This document shows, one piece after another, positions 12,101 to 27,900 of a stretch of 64,000 nt of DNA. Position 1 is the first letter of the stretch. Each line of letters begins with the position of its first letter. The stretch is taken from positions 220,038,001 to 220,102,000 of the forward strand of contig NC_091288.1 of NCBI RefSeq assembly GCF_032444005.1. The letters run 5' to 3'. The DNA is from Ranitomeya imitator (taxonomy: Eukaryota). The notes under the pieces are model-generated. The model was given only the letters and a program-made list of their open reading frames with translations, searched no databases and had not been told where the DNA came from. The position numbers and the translations under genes are program-made.

Positions 12101-13607
12101 CAGGGCGATACACGGCATACAGGGCGATACACGGCATACAGGGCGATACACGGCATACAGGGCGATACACGGCATACAGGGCGATACACGGCATACAGGG
12201 CGATACACGGCATACAGGGCGATACACGGCATACAGGGCGATACACGGCATACAGGGCGATACACGGCATACAGGGCGGATACACGGCATACAGGGCGGA
12301 TACACGGCATACAGGGCGGATACACGGCATACAGGGGGGGATACACGGCATACAGGGGGGGATACACGGCATACAGGGGGGGATACACGGCATACAGGGG
12401 GGGATACACGGCATACAGGGGGGGATACACGGCATACAGGGGGGGATACACGGTATACAGGGGGGGATACACGGTATACAGGGGGGGATACACGGTATAC
12501 AGGGGGGGATACACGGTATACAGGGGGGGATACACGGTATACAGGGGGGGATACACGGTATACAGGGGGGATACACGGTATACAGGGGGGATACACGGTA
12601 TACAGGGGGGATACACGGTATACAGGGGGGATACACGGTATACAGGGGGGATACACGGTATACAGGGGGGATACACGGTATATAGGGGGGGATACACGGT
12701 ATATAGGGGGGGATACACGGTATATAGGGGGGGATACACGGTATATAGGGGGGGATACACGGTATATAGGGGGGGATACACGGTATATAGGGGGGGATAC
12801 ACGGTATATAGGGGGGGATACACGGTATATAGGGGGGATACACGGTATATAGGGGGGGATACACGGTATATAGGGGGGGATACACGGTATATAGGGGGGA
12901 TACACGGTATATAGGGGGGATACACGGTATATAGGGGGGGATACACGGTATATAGGGGGGGATACACGGTATATGGGGGGATACACGGTATATAGGGGGG
13001 GATACACGGTATATAGGGGTATACACGGTATATAGGGGTATACACGGTATATAGGGGTATACACGGTATATAGGGGTATACACGGTATATAGGGGTATAC
13101 ACGGTATATAGGGGGGATACACGGTATGTAGGGGGGATACACGGTATGTAGGGGGGATACACGGTATGTAGGGGGGATACACGGTATATAGGGGTCAGGC
13201 CTATCACTCACGGTAGGAGCCGTCCTGTATATATAGTATATAGGGGGATACACGGTATATAGGGGGGATACACGGTATATAGGGGGGATACACGGTATAT
13301 AGGGGGATACACGGTATATAGGGGGATACACGGTATATAGGGGGATACACGGTATATAGGGGGGATACACGGTATATAGGGGTCGGGCCTATCACTCACG
13401 GTAGGAGCCGTCCTGCCTCTTGCACGAGTACGTGGCTCCGATCTGCACGATCACATCTTCCTCCACGTCCCCGTCGTCTCCATCTCCGGCCTCGTCATTG
13501 TCGTCGTCCTCCTCCTCCATGGCCTCCTCGGGGTTGTCCGCCTCGTCCCCGGCCAGGACGTCTTTCTTCTCCAGGTCGGAGACATCGGTGTTGGCTGTGG
13601 AGGCCAT
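66..13607 (-). CDS. nf7: Nuclear factor 7-like TRIM E3 ligase (Tudor-knot/chromobarrel, RING, B-box, coiled coil); 3' part (rest of coiled coil, PRY/SPRY) lies beyond the left edge
   Basis: Coding exons 13400-13607, 4932-5006, 3722-3882, 244-687 and 66-161, all with AG/GT boundaries and compatible phases (1,1,0,0,0). The spliced product reads ...[14 protein letters not shown]|[25 protein letters not shown]|[14 protein letters not shown]...EPEAK|KAKVE...[29 protein letters not shown]...[45 protein letters not shown]|[12 protein letters not shown]. This matches my recollection of Xenopus XNF7. Confidence 0.93.
244..687 (-). CDS. nf7: nf7 coding exon 4 (C3HC4 RING plus B-box2)
   Basis: TCTTCTTCTAG|AAAGCGAAAGTG...TACCGG|GTAAGT, 444 nt; RING CLLC...CGHNFC...CPDC; B-box CPEH...C...C..C...H..H. 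Confidence 0.95.
3722..3882 (-). CDS. nf7: nf7 coding exon 3 (end of Tudor-knot plus KRK basic motif)
   Basis: TTTCGCAG|TGAATCGACGA...GCGAAG|GTAACG; encodes (L)[13 protein letters not shown]...[15 protein letters not shown]. Confidence 0.92.
4932..5006 (-). CDS. nf7: nf7 coding exon 2 (75 nt, Tudor-knot core); not in the ORF track
   Basis: TTTTCTACCAG|ATGACGCAGAAATC...TACGCTGGTC|GTAAGT; encodes (H)[24 protein letters not shown]. Confidence 0.92.
5351..8100 (-). mobile_element. L2-clade LINE, 5'-truncated and frameshifted (endonuclease remnant plus RT)
   Basis: Endonuclease motifs [13 protein letters not shown] and TLDLVF near 7850-8070; RT motifs [24 protein letters not shown] and LNLSKTE (ORFs 6312-6734, 5813-6712); 3' tail GTAAAGCGCTGCGG...TATATAAAG(ATT)n at 5351-5400. 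Confidence 0.9.
8242..8383. mobile_element. Short T2/Kolobok-type MITE
   Basis: TTAA|AGGAAATCTGTCACC...GCGACATTTCCT|TTA; internally palindromic. Confidence 0.7.
8387..8731. mobile_element. PIF/Harbinger-type MITE
   Basis: TIRs GGCTGTGTGCACAC / GTGTGCACATAGCC with 3-bp TTA TSD on both sides. Confidence 0.8.
8736..9539. mobile_element. 804-bp near-perfect palindromic T2/Kolobok-type MITE
   Basis: TTAA|AGGGAACCTGTCAC...GTGACAGGTTCCCT|TTAA; the two halves are reverse complements around a centre near 9135. Confidence 0.88.
10110..11450 (+). repeat. Decayed L2 fragment containing two L2-derived minisatellites (~40-bp VPQGSVLGP unit at 10110-10345; ~55-bp [15 protein letters not shown] unit at ~10930-11430)
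   Basis: Units gttcctcagggttcagttctaggccccctc (5-6 copies) and ctacatctcatctctgtaccaccctacccgtcctctccacagtgctgca; the intervening DNA aligns to L2 RT ([11 protein letters not shown]). Confidence 0.75.
11450..13390. repeat. G-rich minisatellite (19-22 bp, GATACACGG[C/T]ATA[C/T]AGGG..) in nf7 intron 1, with embedded copies of the exon-1 splice donor
   Basis: Direct reading; this array produces the spurious 470-530 aa IPCIPP/YRVSP ORFs. Confidence 0.95.
13400..13607 (-). CDS. nf7: nf7 first coding exon (acidic N-terminus, start of Tudor-knot)
   Basis: ATG at 13607; ends TAC C|GTGAGT (phase 1); encodes MASTANTD...[21 protein letters not shown]. Confidence 0.88.
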
Positions 13608-13639
13608 AGCTGCGGGAGCGGAGAGCAGGAGACCGGGAC

Positions 13640-14070
13640 ACTGTTACCTCACACGACGAGAGCGAAGAGCAAATGGCGTCTGAGAGACTCGGCACCCGCA
13701 ATGTGAGACGAATCCTAGACGGTCTGCGCATGCGCTAGTACCACACAAAGCCTCGGGCGGAGCTTCGCGCGCCCAAAGATGGCCGCTGTCGCACAATGGA
13801 GGCGGGAAAACTGCACCCACGATGAAAAAAAAAATGGCGGCCGACGAGAAGCACGTGACGATCTCCTAGTGACGCACTTCCGGGAGTTGATGGCGGCCTG
13901 GTTTTCTTTTTGTTTCTTTGCTGTGTGAGGAGAATTAGAGCAGCGGCTTCTTTCCCGGAGAAGGCAGCGGTGTCCGGCGGCGAGGGGGCGTCCTGTCCGC
14001 GGTCTGTACACCGGAAGCAGCGGAGCCGGTGGCGGAGTGACGTCAGAGAGGCTGGTCATGTGATTGATGA
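13640..14070. promoter_or_regulatory. CpG-rich putative bidirectional promoter between nf7 and kat8
   Basis: NRF1 TGCGCATGCGC 13725-13735; YY1-like AAGATGGCCG 13776 and AAAATGGCGG 13831; E-box CACGTG 13852; ETS/GABP ACTTCCGG 13876 and CCGGAAG 14011; CRE TGACGTCA 14038-14045; CpG dense. Confidence 0.7.
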
Positions 14071-14159
14071 GGTAATGTCTGGTAATAGGAGGAGGACTAC
14101 AAGGCTCATCATTCTCATCCCCGTGTTGTGGAGGATGTCACCATGTACCAACTGGATCA

Positions 14160-16190
14160 GCAATGACCGTGTAGAGAGAGATCCCGGATCTGCGGAGTGT
14201 GAGGTGACAGTGTAGAGAAAGGTCCCGGATCTGTGGAGCGTGAGGTGACAGTGTAGAGAAAGGTCCCGGATCTCCGGAGTGTGAGGTGACCGTGTAGAGA
14301 GAGATCCCGGATCTGCGGAGTGTGAGGTGACAGTGTAAAGAGAGGTCCCGGATCTCCGGAGTGTGAGGTGACAGTGTAGAGAGAGGTCCCGGATCTGAGG
14401 AGTGTGAGGTGACAGTGTAGAGAGAGGTCCCGGATCTGCGGAGTGTGAGGTGACAGTGTAGAGAAAGGTCCCGGATCTGTGGAGTGTGAGGTGACAGTGT
14501 AGAGAGAGGTCCCGGATCTGCAGAGTGTGAGGTGACAGTGTAGAGAGAGGTCCCGGATCTGCGGAGTGTGAGGTGACAGTGTAAAGAGAGGTCCCGGATC
14601 TGCGGTGCGTGAGGTGACAGTGTAGAGAGAGGTCCCGGATCTGCGGTGCGTGAGGTGACAGTGTAGAGAGAGGTCCCGGATCTCCAGAGTGTGAGGTGAC
14701 AGTGTAAAGAGAGGTCCCGGATCTGCGGAGTGTGAGGTGACAGTGTAGAGAGAGGTCCCGGATCTGCGGTGCGTGAGGTGACAGTGTAGAGAGAGGTCCC
14801 GGATCTCCGGAGTGTGAGGTGACAGTGTAGAGAGAGGTCCCGGATCTGAGGAGTGTGAGGTGACAGTGTAGAGAGAGGTCCCGGATCTGAGGAGTGTGAG
14901 GTGACAGTGTAGAGAGAGGTCCCGGATCTGAGGAGCGTGAGGTGACAGTGTAGAGAGAGGTCCCGGATCTGAGGAGTGTGAGGTGACAGTGTAGAGAGAG
15001 GTCCCAAATCCATGGAGCGAGAGATGACAGTGTAGAGAGGTCCCGGATCTCCAGAGCGTGAGGTGACAGTGTAGAGAGAGGTCCCAAATCCACAGAGCGA
15101 GAGATGACAGTGTAGAGAGGTCCCGGATCTGTGGAGCGAGAGGTGACAGTGTAGAGAGAGGTCCTGGATCTGCGGAGCGAGAGGTGACAGTGTAGAGAGA
15201 GGTCCTGGATCTGCGGAGCGAGAGGTGACAGTGTAGAGAGAGGTCCTGGATCTGCGGAGCATGAGGTGACAGTGTAGAGAGAGGTCCCGGATCTGCGGAG
15301 TGTGAGGTGACAGTGTAGAGAGAGGTCCCGGATCTGCGGTGCGTGAGGTGACAGTGTAGAGAGAGGTCCCGGATCTGCGGTGCGTGAGGTGACAGTGTAA
15401 AGAGAGGTCCCGGATCTGCGGTGCGTGAGGTGACAGTGTAGAGAGAGGTCCCGGATCTGCAGAGTGTGAGGTGACAGTGTAGAGAGAGGTCCCGGATCTG
15501 AGGAGTGTGAGGTGACAGTGTAGAGAGAGGTCCCGGATCTGCGGAGTGTGAGGCGACAGTGTAGAGAGAGGTCCCGGATCTGTGGAGTGTGAGGTGACCG
15601 TGTAGAAAGAGGTCCTGGATCTGCGGAGCATGAGGTGACAGTGTAGAGAGAGGTCCCGGATCTGCAGAGTGTGAGGTGACAGTGTAGAGAGAGGTCCCGG
15701 ATCTGAGGAGTGTGAGGTGACAGTGTAGAGAGAGGTCCCGGATCTGAGGAGTGTGGGGTGACAGTGTAGAGCAGGGGTGTCAAACTGCATTCCTCGAGGG
15801 CCGCAAACTATGCGTGTTTTCAAGATTTCCTTAGCTTTGCACAAGGTGCTGTAATCATGATGTGTGTAGGTGATTAAATTATCACCTGTGCAGTACAAGG
15901 AAATCCTGAAATCATGACATGTTTGCAGCCCTTGAGGATTGCAGTTTGACACCTCTGGTGTAGAGAGAGGTCCCGGATCTGAGGAGCGAGAGCTGACAGT
16001 GTAGAGAGAGGTCCCAGATCTCCAGAGCGTGAGGTGACCGTGTAAAGAGAGGTCCCAGATCCACAGAGCGTGAGGTGACAGTGTAGAGAGAGGTCCCGGA
16101 TCCACAGAGCGTGAGGTGACAGTGTAGAGAGAGGTCCCAGATCTGAGGAGCGTGAAGTGACAGTGTAGAGAGAGGTCCCGGATCTGTGGA
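14160..16190. repeat. 41-bp minisatellite (gtgtagagagaggtcccggatctgcggagtgtgaggtgaca), about 45 copies
   Basis: 41-bp period seen directly (e.g. 14821 vs 14862). Confidence 0.95.
15772..15957. mobile_element. hAT-type MITE inserted in the 41-bp array
   Basis: TIRs CAGGGGTGTCAAACTGCA / TGCAGTTTGACACCTCTG; exact 8-bp TSD GTGTAGAG (15764-15771 and 15958-15965). Confidence 0.88.
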
Positions 16191-16315
16191 ATGTACAAGA
16201 CACTAAATGGTGACTGGCAGGTCATGTTCTTTCTGAGGGGTCATTTACTTTTGCCATCTACTCCCTCTAGCACAGGCCGCCATGATGGCACATTAGCCTT
16301 GTCACTAGTGATGAG

Positions 16316-17273
16316 TGTCACGGATCCCTTCTCCGTGCTGTCACTTATCCGTCACGTGCCTGCTCTCACACATGACTTGGGGTTGTGCCTGCAGGGGTTA
16401 ATCTATCTCCCCACTCTCAGTCCAGCATTCAACCTCTGTCCTATGCTGTAATGGGAGCATAAATCACACGCCGACTCAGGCCACACACCCGCTCATACGC
16501 TCTGCCACCACTCATCGAATACACAGGCGATGAGTCCTGGAACTAATAATACTAATAAAAATATGTCTATCACTTATAAGGCTCACACACCTTTTGGCTA
16601 TGGATTCTTTAGAACATTCAAGGTTCAACTTGTTAAGTTTTATACTTTAATAACAAAGTTCAATGCTTACAATAAGAAAAAGGTATAAAAATATGATAAT
16701 AAAAAGACATACAACTTATGCAAACAATGTCAAAATAAACAGGATAAACTTACAGAAATCATCTAACTGGTAGTCTGCTTTCTGCTCCCTGAGGGGGGGT
16801 GAATAGAGTTGGTGGAACACAGCTTCTCAGGCTGCCCTCACATGTGAACCCAATTCTCTGTCTGCAGCCTAAATTTATAACTTTGGTCTGAGGTCAGGTT
16901 TCTAGACCAGCCTTCCAGGTTAATATCATAATTGCTGCCTGTTTGATTGGGCCACAGCCGCGCCCCCAATGAATATATTATTTCTCTTGTGGAGAGGTTC
17001 TCAGGGGTAGATTACCTCAGGCCACAATTTAGCATCTCCCCTCCAAGACCTCAGAGGTGTCAAGTGTTCCTTTGTTCTTGACCTTAGCCTGACCTCCTGG
17101 TGAGATCTGGAGACAGAAATTCTACTAGTCCCAAGGAAGTACCTATTAACACCTAGGTGCGACTTGTCTTCAGGACAGGTGTTACATTATCACTAGTCAC
17201 ACATATAACCCTAGACATATGTCCCTACACACATATAGATATATATATATATATATACACATATTTCACCACA
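16316..17273 (+). mobile_element. Solo LTR (958 bp), inserted into the end of a small MITE (TAGTGATGAGCGAGTATACTCG...CGAGTATACTCGCTCATCACT, ending ~17537)
   Basis: TGTCA...CCACA termini, 4-bp TSD TGAG; a second copy lies in opposite orientation at 60200-61158. Confidence 0.75.
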
Positions 17274-18799
17274 TGAGCGAGTATACTCGTTGCTCGGGTG
17301 GTCTCTGAATATTTGTAACTGCTCGGAGTTGTAGTTTTTGCTGACTCAGCTACATGATTTGCGGCTACTAGACAGCCTGAGTACATGTGGGGGCTGCCTG
17401 GTTATTAGAATATCCCCACATGTATTCAAGCTGTCTAGTAGCCGCAAATCATGCAGCTGCATCAACAAAAACTACATCTCCGAGCAATCACAAATACTCA
17501 GAGACCACCCAAGTAACGAGTATACTCGCTCATCACTTCTTGTCAAGTCTCCTGCGAAGGGCTCGTTTACTGTCAGGATCTGTACAACTCTCCGTATACA
17601 GTTGTGAGGCTCTTCTCAGGCAGGAGCAGAGGTGACGCAGCGGCACAGGACCGTGTGAGGCAGCGGCTGGACGCGCGGGGCCCTGTGAGGCAGCGGCCGG
17701 ACGCCCGGGGCCCTGTGAGGCAGAGGCTGGACACTTTCTCCCTGAAATCCACAGGAGCCATCGGAGCCCTCCAACGATTCATGGGGGATGTAACCTGAAT
17801 GAGGAGTGCATAATCTTGGTCAGGGAGGAGCGGGAGCGTCCGGTCACCTTCATATTTTGGGATTCGTGGGAGATTTTACTATAGAATTTCATTAAATTGT
17901 TTCATCATTTTTTCCGACTTTCTCCAAACAATGGAAGAAAAAGCCGCCAAACTCCGCTGCAATATGACTGACGCCGAGCCTGTGTACTGGACACTGAGGA
18001 CAGATGTGGGATCTCGCCGCCGTCTCACACCTCCGCTAGTTGTGTGCGACGACCTCTGAGGTCTGTCAGGATGTGTGCAATGCATCAGTCTGCCCCTAGG
18101 AGGCGCTGTGAGAACATGTACTTATGTGATGTGCGCTGCCCTGTATCCCGTGGCTCTTAGGTGATGGTAAATGGTGGATATCTGTGCCCGGAGCCGCTGC
18201 AGGACCCGTCTGTCTGATCCTCATCATTGGCGGCTGCTCCTCTCCCTCCGAGAACTGAAAGATCAGTCCTGTGAACATCCAGCAGCCCGACTCTGCCCTC
18301 ACCCCGGTGCACATTCCCTGTTTTTTTGGTTAGGGCCGAACATAAATATGCCTTCGGTGTGACTGCAGTCAGCTGTTTCCTGGGCGCCTGATATTCACCT
18401 CTTCTACCATCAGAGACTCCTTGCTTTACACTGCCGCCCTGCTTGTTCAGACGATGGCCGTTTGTTTGCTCAGCGTCTTGTAATGTGCGCTGGGATATGG
18501 CGGTGTGGGACCCTCAGGTTATCAGGTGTGACCAATGCCTTTTGTTCCTCTCATTCTTTGCTAATCATCTACAGCTACATTGCTTTCTGCTCCAGTCACC
18601 CCCAGAGCAGCAGCGAGCGTTTGTTCTGGTGCTCCCTGCTGGGTCTATGTCTAATGCAGGAGCAAAATAAATAGCATCTCTCACCATACCGCCATCCGGT
18701 TCCCCCTGCACACGTGGTGTCAATATTTCTGGCCTGATTGCATATTCCAGGTGCTGTCACTCACCCATCTATCTGTTCTGTAGGTTTGCAGCAGCGGCC

Positions 18800-23504
<4,705 letters not shown>

Positions 23505-23645
23505 GACGACGGCGAATATAGAAGATGGGATGAGGTGGTGTGGATTGGGACGTCCAACCTGGCACCCAGTAATTCACACCCGTGGGCCCCGGGGTCGTCC
23601 TGTGGACACGCTGCATGTAGCGACTCCAGATGTTAATTTGTTATG

Positions 23646-23664
23646 TTTATTTTTATATAATAAA
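23646..23664. terminator. Back-to-back poly(A) signals: AATAAA on + (23659-23664, kat8) and AATAAA on - (23646-23651, candidate for prss8)
   Basis: Sequence TTTATTtttatatAATAAA; reading by eye I found no other canonical minus-strand hexamer between here and the prss8 stop. Confidence 0.55.
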
Positions 23665-24971
23665 TCGTCTTTTTTGAATGAAATATGGAAGTTTTCAGAA
23701 TGGAACTAAAATATACCCCTGTATGTTGTAAATGACGGAGCACAACCGTTCCCCCAAAATCTTACAGGACCATGAGTGTCTACGTCCCCACGGTCAGGAA
23801 TCGGCAGCGCTTCAGCACAGCACATGTCCACTGCCGGCTATTGAACGTAGGTGAATCCTCTGTTCACTGAACTGTGCAGAATCACCATGTCCAATACATT
23901 GTACGGGTGAAATTTATGAGTGAGATTTATCCTGTGGAGATCCAAATCTCCTCAAGGTAAATTGATATGCTGCTGTCTGGAGAGATGCGCCACATGTCAG
24001 TCTCCGCAGTTGAGTTGCGAGCTTCTGTGCATTTCTTGAAATCCCATCCACTATGCTGTAACATCCGGCCGCAGCACAGGTACGCAGCGTCCAACTGACC
24101 GTGGAAACGTACTCTAAAGCGTAATGTCCTCTGTCCTGGAGGAGGAGGACGGACGAGGCGTGGAAAGGGCTGTAGACAGAACGAGAAGAGACTGGAGGGA
24201 CGATAACCCCCTCCCCCGGAGCAGTGACGCTATAGAGGAGACCGGTGATGACAGGAGCAGGTCTTCATACCCCCACAGGAAAATTACACAAGACCAATCT
24301 GTGTCTTCGAAATAATGTATTAACAGCAGCAGCAACAATTACAAAAAAAATGAAATGACATTTACAATTTACAGGAGATCGTGGGATGGATTCTCGAGCA
24401 GGAGAGCGGAGAAGATGTAATGTCACCCAGCTTGGTGATGTGAGGGGGCAGCATTTAGTATTGATTTCAGTAAGTCCTTCATGACCAGAACGAGTATCGC
24501 CGTCCATGGAGCATCCAGTCCTCTTCGCTCTACGGCGCTTAGGAATTATTTACAACCTATAGACAAGGCTACAAGATGAGAGAAGACGCACACTAGGAGT
24601 GCTGACATCCCCCACCTCCAATCAGATTCTCAGGAGCCAGATACTAGCCCCGCCCCCGAGGAGCGGACCTCCAGGCCTCATACCTACAGAGACATCACAG
24701 AATGTGTCCCGAGGTGTTGGTTCTGTACTCCAGGATATCAACAAGGAGATGGTAACGAAAGGGCCAGAAATTGTCTTCTGTGGAGTGGGGAAAGGTATCA
24801 GAAAATAAGGGACATACTGCAACAAAGGAATCGGATTTCGTTACTGGCGACACAGCGTCCACTTAGACAGCGCCAATCATCGGGCACATCGCCTGAGTCA
24901 TCATGATAAAGGGGAAGAAAGGAGTATATGATAAATTTGGGGGAATCAGAAGTCACATGATGACAGCAAGT

Positions 24972-27900
24972 CTACAGGTCGGTCAGGAAGTAGGCGGTCA
25001 GCCAGTACAGCGGCAGCATGGCCAGCGTGACCAGGACCATTGATGCACTGTTAGGAAAGGTATGGAACTGGCCGTCTGCGGCTGTGCAGCCTTCCGGATT
25101 GTCGGGCTCCGGCGTCTGGTCCACGGTGAAGTCATCAGTCTGAACGTCCGGCACGATGCTCCTAATCCAGACGATGGAGGCAGAGGTTGCGATGTAGACG
25201 CCAGGCCTGTTTGGCGCTCCACACTCATCGCCCCAGCTGACCACTCCGGCCTGGTACCAGTTACCATTTACGTTACAGCAAAGAGGACCCCCAGAGTCGC
25301 CCTGAAAAAAAGACGAAAGGTATGGTTATGACCGTGCTGTATACACATTGATTGGTGAGAGAATATATTTGGGTGGGTTCCTATTCCCCCCTCTTGCTTT
25401 GCTATTGATGATAATCCTCACTCCAGTGCCACCATTAATACCTGGCAAGTGACCGAAGCCATCGGCTGCTGTACTCTGATGGACACGTACCTGACAGGCA
25501 TCGACAGATCCGTCCACTGTCCCGGCGCAGATCATGTCCTGCTGTATGGACGACAGCGTGTTCTCACTAGGGTTGATGTTATACAGACAACTGCACGTAA
25601 ATCTGCTGATGATCTTCACTTGCCCGACCTGAAGGTTCTGAGGGCTTTCAAGAGGAACTGCAATAACAAAAAACCATTGTCCTCAATGCCCTGCACCGTA
25701 CATTATAAGGGGGGAGCGGCGATAACATCACAGTACTCACCGGAATGTTTAACGTGGCCCCAGCCAGCGACCTTACATGGCATACCAGCCGGGAACTGGA
25801 CGTTGGAGGAGGGCAGGCGGATGGGCTGGACGACACTGCTCAGGGTCACGGCCGTCTTTAGCTTGACCACAGCAATATCCCAGGAAAAACCACCATCAAC
25901 GTATCCTGGGTTCTTATAGGACTGCTCCACCAGGACGATTTGGGCCGTGGAGTCGGTGATGGCCAGCGATGTGGTTCCAACAAGTACTTCATACTCTTCA
26001 TCTTTATATCCCCTGGAAGAACACAACAAAGTCGAGCGTCAGTGCCCAGCACAATGCAAATCGTCTACAGACCCGCTACATGGACGTTCATTAAGGCCTC
26101 TTTCACACTTCCGTCACAATCCGTTGTTTTTTGAGAATGTAGGATCCTGCAAAAAAAATTTGCAGGATCCTGCATTTTCTCATAGACTTGTATTAGGCTA
26201 CTTTCACACTAGCGTTTTCTGCAATCCGTCACAATGCGTCGTTTTGCAGAAAAAACGCATCCTGCAAAAGTGCTTGCAGGATGCGTTTTTTACCCATAGA
26301 CTTGCATTGACGACGGATTGCCACACGTCACATCCGTCGTGCGACGGATGCGTCGTGCTTTTGCGGACCGTCGGGAGGAAAAAACCCTACATGTAACGTT
26401 TTTTTCTCCTGACGGACCGCTTTTTCCGACCGCGCATGCGCGGCCGGAACTCCGCCCCCGCCTCCCTGCACCTTACAATGGGGCAGCGGATGCGCCGGAA
26501 AAATGCATCCGCTGCACCCATTGTGCAATGCAGCAAACGCTAGCGTCGGAATCTCTCCCCGACGCACTGCGACGGGGAGATTCCGACGCTAGTGTGAAAG
26601 GAGCCTTAGCGGCGGATTGTGACGGATGGCCATCTGTTTCATCCGTCTTTCACTGGATCCTGCATTAAAAAAAAACGGTCCGTCGGGCAGAGAAAACGTT
26701 CAGAGGAACGTTTTTCGTGTACGTCGGAAAATTGGTCAGCGACGCATCCTGCGCCGCCCGTCACTGGCTACAGTAGCTGCCTGTGAAAAGCAGGAATCCA
26801 GCGACGGGTCCCGTCTTTTCAAAGAGAGCATGCCCGTCAGGGAAATTCTCTCTCTCTCTCGCTCTCTTTCTACTATTGATGCTGCCTATGCAGTAACAAG
26901 ATATGTCAAAAAATAATAATAGAAAAAAAACACAATATTCTCACCTACCGGCGTTCCCGCGCAGCGTTACTTCCTAGTAATACATTGCGAAATCTCGGTC
27001 TCGCGAGACCATGACTTCTCGCGAGATTTCGCAATGTATTACTAGGAACGCTAGCTGCCGGGAGCATCGCGGCGCAGGAACGCCGGTAGGTGAGAATACT
27101 GCGATTTTTAAAAAAAGAATTCTTAACCTAGCCTCAACGGGTCCGTCAGATAGACGGGCCCAGTGCACACGTTTTCCACAATCTGCACAGGATCCTTCAT
27201 TTCAACGTCTTGACGGATCCTGTGCAGATTTGGAAGACGGAAGAGTGAAAGAAGCCTAACCGAGATCACAGCTACACCCGACATCCAGCAACGGAACTAT
27301 ACAAATCCACCAGACAATCGGCCTCCAGGACTGGTAATTGTCAGCGCCGCCCCAGTCATCATGTGCAAATGCCTCTGAAAATTGGCATCCGTGCTGCCAA
27401 TAACTTCCCCGGTTCAGAGCCGTTCCCGCACACAGATCACTTACGTCGGGAAGCAGTGAGCCGCGGTCAGGACGTAGGAGGGCGACAGTAAGGAGCAGCC
27501 GCAGACGTGCACTTGATTATGTCGCAGGCTGGCCAGCCACGGCCATTGCTGGATGTTTCCATTCTCTCCTCCGACAATGCGATTGGCGACTGCAGGAAGA
27601 TGAAATTCTGATCAGTGCTCATAACTGATAGGCAGATGGAGGTTACCCCGACAGCAAAAAGCCATAGAGTGCAGGCTACGGCGGACGCCCCACAGTTACT
27701 ACGCCTCTATGCGCTAAATCAAACGCCAAAACGGATACATTGTAACGATCATCGCAGGAAATAGATTTTTCTAATTAAGATCATAGAGGATTGGCTATAC
27801 TTGATACAATGTAACAAATCCTCAACTGTTGAGAAAGTCAAGACAACCTTGTATATAATCAAGAACGTCCCCATCTACTCACAGCAAGCAGAGGTCTTAA

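Noticed and set aside
13610-13647. GT...AG pair just upstream of the nf7 ATG
   Set aside because: It would be a 38-nt intron, too short for vertebrate splicing. The acceptor may be used with a more distant donor; unresolved.
11749-16225. 470-695 aa ORFs (IPCIPP/YRVSP and GPLSTLSPH repeats)
   Set aside because: They are translations of stop-free minisatellites, open in several frames at once, with no domain content. The same applies to the ORFs at 29726-33950 and 62762-63780.
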